In this document: positions 11,902 through 21,302 of the stretch, in pieces
Layout: every line of letters begins with the position of its first letter
Position numbering within the stretch: the stretch's first letter is position 1
Assembly: GCA_043228905.1 (NCBI GenBank)
Contig: JBHGNT010000013.1
Span: 7,254,001-7,318,000 of the forward strand
Direction of reading: 5' to 3'
From: Azolla caroliniana
Taxonomy: Eukaryota; Plantae; Polypodiophyta
DNA length: 64,000 nucleotides
The notes under the pieces: model-generated
What the model was told of the DNA's origin: nothing
Database searches by the model: none
What the model saw: only the letters and a program-made list of their open reading frames with translations
Program-made: the position numbers and the translations under genes

Positions 11902-14900
11902 CTACTGCCTTTTCTTCCGCTTGGGCCTCGGTTGATTCAGCGTATCTGAATCAAACATCCGAACCGACTCGGCTACCTCCGATCGGTTTTCACTCTCGTC
12001 CGAGTTGGCTGTCTCCAACTCGTCTTCGGTCTTCTCGCCCTCGATGGCGTCATCTTCCCCATGCGTGGTTCGCTTCGGCTTTCTCCTTCGGTTGCTCCCC
12101 TTCTGTCCGCTTCCGGACTTTTCCGTGGGTCCGCCCTCGACTTCTTCAACCGATCCGAACTCAAACTCAACAACCGAGTCAACCGACTCGGACTTAGTGT
12201 CGCAGTCTCCGCTCCTTTCCTGCTGCCTTGCTTGGTCATTCGGGACTGTTCTCCCCCTCAAGTATGGCATGTCGAGGTGATGCAACCCGAGCGCACCTGA
12301 GAATTGCCGCAACTTGTCCAGACCAAGCGGCTTTGTGAAGATGTCGGCAGTCTGCCGATCCGTCGGCACGTACTGAAGTTCGACTTCACCGGAAAGGACA
12401 CGCTCACGGACGAAATGGTAGTGCACCTCAATGTGCTTGGTCCATGCGTGGAAAACGGGGTTCTTCGCGAGCTGGATGTTGCTGAGGTTGTCGCAGTAGA
12501 TCGTCGTCGGATCTGACACCTCCACTTGCAAGTCCTTAAGTAGCCGCTTCAACCATATGGCTTCACATGTCACGACAGCCGCTCCTCGGTACTCAGCTTC
12601 GGTGCTCGACAGTGCAACTGTCAGGTGCTTCTTACTGCTCCATGCGATCGTGGCACTCCCGAGGGAGAACACGTATCCGGACGTGGATCGGCGATCGGCG
12701 GCGTTGCCAGCCCAATCAGCATCGGTGTAACCGACTAACTGCGCGGTTGCACCGGCCCGATATAGCAGTCCCCGGTCCTTAGTGCCGTTGACATACCGAA
12801 GTATGCCTCGCGCACACTGAAGGTGCTCCTCGGTAGGTCGCGCCATAAACTGATTGATCACCCCGACCGGATAACTAAGGTCGGGTCGGGTGATGGTCAA
12901 GTATATGAGGCTTCCGACAATTTGTCGGAACCTCGTCAGGTCGCATACCTTTCCCGTATCTGGACGAAGCTTGACGGTTCTGTCCAGAGGAGTCGAGACG
13001 GACTTACAGTCGGCCATCCCGAATTTGAAGAGCATACTCAGCACGTAATGACGTTGGCTGATCAATATGCCTTCGGGGGTACAGATCACTTCGATCCCGA
13101 GGAAGTAATGAAGGTCCCCCAGATCCTTCACGTCAAACGATGCCGCAAGCTGGAGCTTCACGCGGTCGATTTCACCTAGGTCAGCGCCGGTGATGACCAA
13201 GTCATCAACATATAGTAAAATACTCACCGGTCCGAGTCGACCTTTCCGGATGAACAGGGAAGAGTCTGATTTTGACGTGACGAAGCCCATCCGACGCAGT
13301 TGTTGCGTGATCTTCGCGTTCCAGGCACGCGGGGCTTGCTTTAGTCTGTAAAGGGAATTCTTCAGTCGGCATACTGCCGAGGAGTTCGTTCCGGAGTGAA
13401 ATCCGAGGGGCTGTACCATGTACACCTGTTCCTCAAGGTCACCTTGCAGGAACGCATTCTTTACATCCATCTGATGTAAGTGCCACCCCTTCGCCGCAGC
13501 TACTACGAGTAAAACACGGACGGTCGTCATTTTCGCGACCGGCGCAAATGTCTCATCGTAGTCGATGCCGTGTTTCTGCGCATAGCCCTTTGCCACTAGC
13601 CGAGCCTTGTACCGGTTGACCGAGCCATCGGTGTTGTACATGACTTTGTACACCCACCTACACCCGATCGGTTTTACCCCTCTTGGTGCGTCAACGAGGT
13701 CCCAGGTCTCATTCTCCGCTAATGCGTGCATCTCTTCCTCCATCGCGGCACGCCAATTCGCGTCTTTAGCCGCTTTTGCGTAGCTCTTCGACTCACGCAC
13801 TTCCGCTACACGGGTCATGTACGCATAATGATGCACCATGTACTCGTTGTATCCGAACCGCAAAACAGGATTCTTCTGGCGGGTAGATCGGCGTAATCTC
13901 ACATTAGCCGATGTCGAGGCCTTCTCGGTCGACGCGGTCTTCATCTTTAAAGACCCGTCACTGGTTCCCTCGGAGTCGAACTCGCATCGGTCTAACTCGT
14001 TCTTATCCGTGCCGCAATCCGACACCTTCTTCTTCCCTTTCTCTTTGCGCGTAAGCTGTCTCCTCGGCTTCCTGCACGGGGAATTCACGGCCGAGTCTCC
14101 ACTACTTGCCGGCTCTTCATCGGACTGATCGTACCGACACAGTCGTCCAATCGGTCCACTTAAGCGGAGTGAAATCGGACTCTCTTCGCGGGTCTCGATT
14201 TTGGGCTCATCCGGAGGCATCTCGGCCTCGCTGACCTCATTGTTAGAACACGGATTGGAGTCGGGGTTCGGAATCGGGGGCTGGTACCAGGACGCGGACT
14301 CGTCAACCACAACGTCGCGGCTAACACGCGCTTGTTTGGTACGAGGGTTATAGCACTTATAACCCTTCTGCTCGTCCGAGTAACCGACCAAGATGCATTT
14401 TTCGGCCTTTGCGTCCAGTTTCCTCCTTTTCTCCTTTGGTACATGCACATATGCAATGCTACCGAACACCCTCAAGTGTCGCAAGTTCGGCTTCGTTCCG
14501 AAATATAGCTCGTGCGCTGACACTTTGTCTCCGATCCGGTTCTGGATGTATACCGCGGTCCTTACCGCCTCGGCCCAGTAGAACTTGAGCAAGCTCTTCT
14601 CCTCCAGCATTGCCCGTGCCGCTTCCACAACTAACCGATTCTTCGTCTCGGCCACGCCATTCTGCTCCGGCGTGTATCTACAACTGAATTCGCGGCGAAT
14701 TCCCATTTGTTGTAGGTAACCGTTGAATTGACCGGAAAAGTACTCTTTCCCGCCATCCGACCGCAGGCACTTGATCTTTCGTCCCGTTTCCGTTTCCACG
14801 AACCTTTTGAGGTCCCGGAAACCGTCGAAGACTTCGCTCTTCCTCTCAATGAGGTAGATCCATGTGTGCCGTGTGTGGTCATCAATGAAGGAGACGAAAT

Positions 14901-15597
14901 ATCGGCTCCCGCCAAGACTAACGTTTTGTGCTGGCCCCCACACATCGGAGTGTATAAGGTCGAGCTTATTCCGGCTCCGGTTTCGCTCGTTGGGGAAAGG
15001 AAGTCGGTGTTGCTTCTCGAGCTGGCAGGCTTCACAAATTTGTGCCTTACGGCCACTAAATTTGGGCAATCCGAATACTACCTGTTTCGATTGCAAATCT
15101 TGAAGCCGCTGGTAGTTGACGTGGCCTATCCGCTTATGCCACAAGTCAATGTCCGACTCGGTTTTTCTTCCCTTCGCGAACATTGCGGTGCCGCCGTCAA
15201 TGGAGTCGAGGATGAACATCCTCCCATCTCTGCACCCTTGCGCAATCACACGGCCTTCTTCCTCAATGAAGCACCCGAGGTGTGTAAACCGAACCTCCAT
15301 CCCTTGGTCGACGATCTGTCTGACCGAGACCAAGTTCTTCGTGATTGTCGGAACGTGCAGCACGTTCATGAGTTTCCCTTTCTGCCCGACATGGCTAAGG
15401 GGAACTTCTCCGACATTCGCGATCGGATGCGGAGTGTCATCTCCTATTGCGACTACTCCAGGTTGTATCGGTTTTTCAAGGTACGAGAACCACTCCTTAT
15501 GGCTCGTCATGTGGTTTGACGCGCCGGAGTCTACGTACCACACCTCGTCCGATCTCGGGGTGGTCTGTTTCATTGAGTTTGCTTCGTGTCTTGTCAC
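11902..15597 (-). CDS. C5 Pol (protease, integrase, RT, RNase H, acidic C-terminal tail), open reading frame
   Basis: 1231-aa ORF with WYVDSGAS, LIHSDVWGP, QNGVAE, LYVDD, YTDADWAG and KHIEVHYHF. The upstream gag is broken, so it is unlikely to be expressed normally. Confidence 0.9.
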   Translation of the reverse strand: MTRHEANSMKQTTPRSDEVWYVDSGASNHMTSHKEWFSYLEKPIQPGVVAIGDDTPHPIANVGEVPLSHVGQKGKLMNVLHVPTITKNLVSVRQIVDQGMEVRFTHLGCFIEEEGRVIAQGCRDGRMFILDSIDGGTAMFAKGRKTESDIDLWHKRIGHVNYQRLQDLQSKQVVFGLPKFSGRKAQICEACQLEKQHRLPFPNERNRSRNKLDLIHSDVWGPAQNVSLGGSRYFVSFIDDHTRHTWIYLIERKSEVFDGFRDLKRFVETETGRKIKCLRSDGGKEYFSGQFNGYLQQMGIRREFSCRYTPEQNGVAETKNRLVVEAARAMLEEKSLLKFYWAEAVRTAVYIQNRIGDKVSAHELYFGTKPNLRHLRVFGSIAYVHVPKEKRRKLDAKAEKCILVGYSDEQKGYKCYNPRTKQARVSRDVVVDESASWYQPPIPNPDSNPCSNNEVSEAEMPPDEPKIETREESPISLRLSGPIGRLCRYDQSDEEPASSGDSAVNSPCRKPRRQLTRKEKGKKKVSDCGTDKNELDRCEFDSEGTSDGSLKMKTASTEKASTSANVRLRRSTRQKNPVLRFGYNEYMVHHYAYMTRVAEVRESKSYAKAAKDANWRAAMEEEMHALAENETWDLVDAPRGVKPIGCRWVYKVMYNTDGSVNRYKARLVAKGYAQKHGIDYDETFAPVAKMTTVRVLLVVAAAKGWHLHQMDVKNAFLQGDLEEQVYMVQPLGFHSGTNSSAVCRLKNSLYRLKQAPRAWNAKITQQLRRMGFVTSKSDSSLFIRKGRLGPVSILLYVDDLVITGADLGEIDRVKLQLAASFDVKDLGDLHYFLGIEVICTPEGILISQRHYVLSMLFKFGMADCKSVSTPLDRTVKLRPDTGKVCDLTRFRQIVGSLIYLTITRPDLSYPVGVINQFMARPTEEHLQCARGILRYVNGTKDRGLLYRAGATAQLVGYTDADWAGNAADRRSTSGYVFSLGSATIAWSSKKHLTVALSSTEAEYRGAAVVTCEAIWLKRLLKDLQVEVSDPTTIYCDNLSNIQLAKNPVFHAWTKHIEVHYHFVRERVLSGEVELQYVPTDRQTADIFTKPLGLDKLRQFSGALGLHHLDMPYLRGRTVPNDQARQQERSGDCDTKSESVDSVVEFEFGSVEEVEGGPTEKSGSGQKGSNRRRKPKRTTHGEDDAIEGEKTEDELETANSDESENRSEVAESVRMFDSDTLNQPRPKRKKRQ

Positions 15598-16550
15598 GAA
15601 GGTAGACCCTTCTCCGGCTCTCCCAGAGTCTTCAGCGTAGTGCGATCACTGCCAATTTCCCTTGTCGGTATGTCCGGAGCCGTTTCCGGAACCGGTTCTC
15701 TCCGAATCGGTGCGCTTCTTCCAACACTCACTTTCCCTGTGGCCTTTCTTGCCACAGTACTAGCACTCCGCGATGGCCTTCCCTTGCCGATTCTCATCGC
15801 TTCGACTCCCCTTGTTTCCGGAGGGTCCAGAGTTGCTGTCGGCATCACTTCGGTGCCTTCTTCCTTGATCTCGTCGGCCGCCTCCATTGCGCGCCGACTT
15901 GCCTCATCCTCCACGTCCACAAGGCCTATCTCCCTCCGTGTACAACATTCTGTTGTCGGTGTGCATGCTTGTAGACGCACCCGCGTGGTTCTCCTCCACC
16001 AGGAGCATTGACTGTAAGTCGAAAAAGGACGGCGTATTCTCCCGGGTACACACAGCCGTTCAGAACGCTCCGAACTTCGACGCCAAACCTCCGAGACAGA
16101 TCTAGACCATCTCGCTCTCCTCGATGTTCACCTCTATGGAGGCGAGGGAGTCGCAGATATCCTTGATCTTCGAGGTATAGTCCGCCACCGACAAGTCACG
16201 TTGTCGTAGGTTGCTCAACTCCTGTCGGAGCTGAAGCTTCCTGGCTGTGGTGCTCGCGGCGAAAATCTTCTTCAGATTTTCCCACGCACCCTTTGGCGTC
16301 TTTGCATCCCGAACATAGCTCAATAGCTATTCGCCCACACACGACGCGAAGTAGTATAATACCCTGCTCGCCGATTGTCCCACGACGAGAAGTCTCTATG
16401 TGTTGATTCGAGTGCCGCGTCATTAGCTCCTTCGACATAACTCCAGTAGTCGTGCCCGAGCAGGTACTGGTGCATCCTTTAGGACCAAGACGCGTAGTTG
16501 GTTCTGTCGAGCTTCTCTGTTGGAAGCGAGCTCACCATGCCTCTATCCAT
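15598..16550 (-). pseudogene. C5 gag with premature stops
   Basis: EKLDRTNYAS, WENLKKIFAASTTARKLQLRQEL and a CCHC region; in-frame TAG/TGA codons. Confidence 0.88.
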
Positions 16551-17175
16551 CGTTCTTCTTGTTCTTCTTCGTCAAGCTGTGTCGGCTGCAGAGAGGTTCT
16601 CAACCCTCGCGCTCTGATACCATGTAGAAAGTAGCGTGCGGAAGCAAGTATGAAGACCGAACAGAAGGAAGGACACTCAAGTTTAATGGAGAGCTTGAGC
16701 TTACGCAGTATACGCGGGAGAGACAGAGAGAGTGAGAGAGAGACACACACAAACTATATTCAACACTCTATTCACAACTCTATTACATATGTGTGTTTCA
16801 TGAACACTTTTGTACAAGTCCTTGAAGGACTGACCGAAGTACTGACCGTACTTCAATGCTCTTTAAGAGCTCCTACACTAACTCCCAAATATATTCCTCA
16901 CGGAATATCTTTCCTAACGGCCTCCCGGTTTACACACTCGGCTTAACCGATCGGTCCTAACCGATCCGGTCCTCGGCTTCTTCAGCCGATCCGGCCGATG
17001 TTGAGCTCGTCTCTCAACACTCCGAACAGTGTACTCTGTGTTTACGTACACGCCTCCGCACAACGTATTCTTTTACACGGTATCAGAGTGCGAGGGTTGA
17101 AGTCCTCTGCAGCCGACAAGAAAACCTTGCGACAAAACAGAGTTGAAGTTGTTCGGAAAAGAAAAAGACAGCAAT

Positions 17176-18362
17176 ATGGATAGAGGAATCGGAAGCTCAC
17201 TTCCGACTGAAAAGCTTGACAAAAGCAACTACACATCTTGGTCTTACAAGATGCACCAGTACCTGCTCGGCCATGGCTACTAGAGTTATGTCGAAGGAGC
17301 AAATGATGTGGCACCCGACTCGACACATAGGGTCTGTCCAGCTTGGGAACAAGCGGCAAGCAGAGTGTTGTACTGCTTCGCGTCCTGTGAGAGTAATCAG
17401 CTTTTGAGCTATATTCGGGATGCCAAGATGCCGAAGGACGCGTGGGCAAATCTCAAGAGGATTTTCGCCGCCAGTACAATAGTCAGAAAGCTGCAGCTCA
17501 AACAAGAGCTCAGCAATGTACGACAAAGAGATATGGCGATGGCTAATTACACCACCAAGATCAAAGAAATCTACAACTCTCTCGCCTCCGTCAATGTGAA
17601 CGTCGAGGAAGATGAAATGGTGTAGATTTTTCTTGGTGGCTTGGCGTCAAAGTTTGGACCTTTCCAAATGGCAGTCTGCACGAGGGAGATTATGCCTTCG
17701 TTTTTCGAGCTTCAATCAATGTTGCTCATAGAAGAAAACCACGCGGGTGCATCGATGAGTGCGCACGCCGATGGCAAGATGCTTTACACGGAGGATGATA
17801 GGCCCCGTAGTCGTGGTGGATGAGGCGGATCGGCACGGAATGGAGGCGGCCGAAAAGAGCAGAATGTACGGCATAATCGAGATGCCGGAAGCAATTCTGA
17901 ACCCTCCGCAAGCAGGGGGAGTCATGGTGGTGCCGGAAGACGGCAAGAGAAGACCGCGCCGGATTGCTGGTACTATGGCAAGAAAGGCCACAGGGAGAGC
18001 GAGTGTTGGAAGAAACAAGCTGACTCGGACAAAGTTGGACCAAGCAGAAGAGACGCAAGAAGGCGTCAGAGATCGCACTATGCAGAGGGCTCCGAACGAG
18101 CCGGAAATGGAGTGGGCCCTACCTTCGTAATGAAGCATAAAGTCAATTCAATGGTTGTGAACACCTCGAAATCAAGCGAGGTGTGGTATGTGGATTCTAG
18201 AGCGTCAAATCATATGACGAGCCACGAGGAATGGTTCTCGTACTTGGAGAAACCGGAATCACAAGGAGTGATCAAAACGGGAGACCACACTCCACATACC
18301 ATCGAACATGTCAGCGAAGTTCCTCTCAGCCACGTCGAGTAGAAAGGGAAACTCATGAACGT
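17176..18362 (+). pseudogene. C3 gag-protease remnant
   Basis: Same Gag motifs as C5, plus WYVDSRASNHM; contains stops. Confidence 0.88.
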
Positions 18363-19135
18363 TGTCGTGAAGAAAACCGTCCATAGGCGGAATCGGCGCA
18401 CCAAGGCGTGGGAACCGGTTCTTCACGCGCGCACGCTCCAAGTTGTACATAGAAGCGAATTAGGGGAAATCGGCAGGAACGGGCCCTAACTCAAGTGGAG
18501 ACAAAGACCGCACGAACAGTCTTTTCGGTCGCGCGCGCGAACTGTACGAGTCGGCGGCGTAACTACGCGGATGCGTGAAAAACGGAGCGGATCCCTGTCC
18601 AAAAGGGACAGGGAATAAAGCTGACAGGACGGCCTGCTCGTCGGCATATATAAGGAGCGGGGAAAGAGCTGTTGCAGGGATCTGGCACGAAGAGGACGAA
18701 GTGCTGTCGGACCGTTTCTGGACGCTTCTCTCTCTCTGTTCCCTTCCTTCTTGAGCTCCATAGCTTTTCTGTGCAGGGTTCCGAGGAGGCTCGCGCTGTT
18801 TCGAGGAACGCCCGAGTGCTTTCGGCAGCCCGTTTGTGCGTCGAAGCGAACAGGCATCGGCATCTGTTCGCCGGCCTGTTCGGTTGTAACCAACCTGTGC
18901 CCCATCGAGGGTTGTAGTCGTGTTAGCCATTTTTGTTAATACACATATTTAGTCATTCGCATCTGTCTGTGTCGGTGTCTGTTCGCGTTCTCCGTGCTGA
19001 AGGGCCGTGTCCCGTGTATCCCCGGTCCTGCGTAGCCGGTACTCTCTCTTTCTCCTCCCTCGCTTGCTCTTTGGTTCGAGACCCCCGCGGTCCCGCCTCG
19101 ATTCCACACGCACTTGCATAATATCTCGACATATT

Positions 19136-19153
19136 TGGTGAACCCGACGTGAA
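19136..19153 (+). other. G2 PBS complementary to tRNA-Trp
   Basis: TGGTGAACCCGACGTGAA is the reverse complement of the plant cytosolic tRNA-Trp 3' end (..TTCACGTCGGGTTCACCA, recalled). Confidence 0.85.
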
Positions 19154-21302
19154 AGAGGCGGCAGAAGAGCAGAAGATGAGGGGGTCGGATCTCGCAGAGG
19201 CCATGGCTTCGGCCGTGGATCGGATTGTAAACGCGCGCGAGAGCACCGGTGCCCTCGACAGAGCTATTGAGGCGGTCGTCGGCACGATCGGCCGGTTCGA
19301 TGGGAAGGATGCCACGAAGTATTTGGCGTCCTACGGTGCAGAGATGCTGATGCGGGACATTCCGGAAGAAAGGCGTCTTGCCGGATTTCCCCGAGTGGCG
19401 ATGCCGAGCATCCATGCGGAGGTGCTCGAGGTGCGGGCGGAGAGCCGTACCTGGGAGGAGTTCGAAGGTCGGCTCCTAGAGAAATACGGGCTGGACGACG
19501 CGCTCCGGCTCTCGAAGCGAAGGTTCATGGAATGGGTGGAGTCCCCGGGGAAGGGAAGAAACGCGTCGGCGCTCCTCCGGGAGTTCGAGGAAAACTTTGC
19601 TCGCCTTTCGGCGCTCGACCGAACCATCCTGGACACAAGCCGGGTCTTGCTGTTTGTCAAGTCGGTCGACGAGCGGGATCGGGAGCAAGTGGGCCTCTTG
19701 CTGGAAACCGAAGACGGGCTCACTACCGACTGGGCGGCTGTCAGGAAGGTCTGTGGCCGTTTCGACAAACGGCGAGAATGGGCGGATAACGGGGCGACCG
19801 GGTCGGGCTCGGTCGCAGCAAGGAAGCTCGAACCAGCGCCACAGGTGCGCAAGGAAGAGACCCGGGAGTGGTTGGAAACCGGTTCGGCTTCAACCGGCGT
19901 AGTCAGAGGCTCAACCGGAGGAGCGGCACTGGAGGAATTGACGAAGGCGATAAAGGACCTCCAAATCGCGCAGGCCCGAAGGGAAGGAGGCGAATCGGCT
20001 CGTGACCGACGGCCGGCGGCAGGAAACAGGTGCATGTGGTGCGATGAAGTCGGCCACATTCGGAAGGACTGCGGCGACTTCGCGGAGGCACTGAGGGACA
20101 GGGTGGTGTACCTGTGGGAAGGACGGGTGCATGCCAGCGACACCCGAAGGGCCCTGAGCCGAAACGACGGAAAGGGTGGTATGAAAAGGTTGATGGAAGA
20201 GGCGGCGGCCCGACACGCGGAAACCGTCCACTACTCGGCGTCGGCCGGCATTCGAGTCGGGGGCGGCGAGGCCCGGAGGGAAAGCAAAGCCGGATTCTGG
20301 CCGACGATGCTGGAAGGCCTTGCCGGTGCAAGGCTTAAAGGGGAGGAATCGGACAGTGCGGAGAAACGGGTACGGGAGATGACCGGGTGGAGCGACCCGG
20401 TCGAGGAAAGGACGGGCTTCGTGGAAACCGCTTGCCGGAACTACGAGGCTCTGGTAGAAGCGAAGCGGGTGGGGAGACCCGGGACGACCGGGCCCTCACA
20501 ACGATACGAGACCCGGTCCGGGCCACGACGGGACGAAGCCGGCGGGGCCGGTACGCAAGATAAACCCCAGAAGGGCGGGTACCGTCTGGGGACGGAGATA
20601 CAAAGGACCACAGACTTACGAAAGGTCCTGGAGGAACGGATCCTCGACAGCAAGGTGGAGCTGTCGTTGCGAGAGGTGCTGGGAATCGCCAAGAAGGAGT
20701 TCCACGACTCCATCGTGGACTTGGTGAAACGGAAGAGGCTGTCGACGGAGACAGAACCGGAAAGACCGGTGGAAGTGCGGACGACGCACCTAGACGACAT
20801 GGCGCTGGGAGACGAGTGGGCAGAAAGCCACTATTCGAGACCACACTGGGCCCGAGCGACCACGGAGACCCCGGTGAAGATCGGCGATGTCCGGGAACCG
20901 GTGATAGCTTTGGTGGACCACGGATCGGAGATCAATTTGATGTCCATGGACTTCTATAAGAAGGGCAAATGGCCGATCAACACCAAGCACGGGTGGAAAA
21001 TAAGGGCAGCAACGCGCGCCACCGAGGAACTGCACGGGGCCTGTCCGAATGTGCGAGTCAAGATTGGCGACGTCGAGATTGACCAGCACTTCTTCGTGCA
21101 GGAGACGTCTTCGCATCCGGTCATTCTGGGAGAGCCGTACATCACAGCGGCGCGAATGGAGACCAAAGTGCTGGACAATGGTTCGGCCTACGCGAGGGTC
21201 AAAAGCCAAGACGGGCGCCATTCGGTCCAGTTTCTGACGGTAAGGCCGAACCACGAACGTAACCGCGATTCCCTCGGTTCCGAAAACCGAGAGGATTTTT
21301 AG
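19149..21302 (+). CDS. G2 ORF1: Gag + CCHC + aspartic protease (true start probably ATG ~19176)
   Basis: 717-aa open frame with RFDGKDATKYL, CMWCDEVGHIRKDC, ALVDHGSEINLM and VILGEPY. Confidence 0.9.
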   Translation: MKEAAEEQKMRGSDLAEAMASAVDRIVNARESTGALDRAIEAVVGTIGRFDGKDATKYLASYGAEMLMRDIPEERRLAGFPRVAMPSIHAEVLEVRAESRTWEEFEGRLLEKYGLDDALRLSKRRFMEWVESPGKGRNASALLREFEENFARLSALDRTILDTSRVLLFVKSVDERDREQVGLLLETEDGLTTDWAAVRKVCGRFDKRREWADNGATGSGSVAARKLEPAPQVRKEETREWLETGSASTGVVRGSTGGAALEELTKAIKDLQIAQARREGGESARDRRPAAGNRCMWCDEVGHIRKDCGDFAEALRDRVVYLWEGRVHASDTRRALSRNDGKGGMKRLMEEAAARHAETVHYSASAGIRVGGGEARRESKAGFWPTMLEGLAGARLKGEESDSAEKRVREMTGWSDPVEERTGFVETACRNYEALVEAKRVGRPGTTGPSQRYETRSGPRRDEAGGAGTQDKPQKGGYRLGTEIQRTTDLRKVLEERILDSKVELSLREVLGIAKKEFHDSIVDLVKRKRLSTETEPERPVEVRTTHLDDMALGDEWAESHYSRPHWARATTETPVKIGDVREPVIALVDHGSEINLMSMDFYKKGKWPINTKHGWKIRAATRATEELHGACPNVRVKIGDVEIDQHFFVQETSSHPVILGEPYITAARMETKVLDNGSAYARVKSQDGRHSVQFLTVRPNHERNRDSLGSENREDF

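Larger units (their letters stand above)
11310..17019 (-). mobile_element. Full-length Copia C5
   Basis: 397-bp LTRs at 11310-11706 and 16623-17019 (about 10 differences by eye). PBS at 16611-16622, PPT next to 11707, TSD CTCCA/CTCCG. Confidence 0.95.

Noticed and set aside
18460-18930. 156-aa and 139-aa minus-strand ORFs, repeated at 24950-25420
   Set aside because: They lie inside the GC-rich G2 LTRs, so the duplication is just LTR identity. No recognisable motifs.
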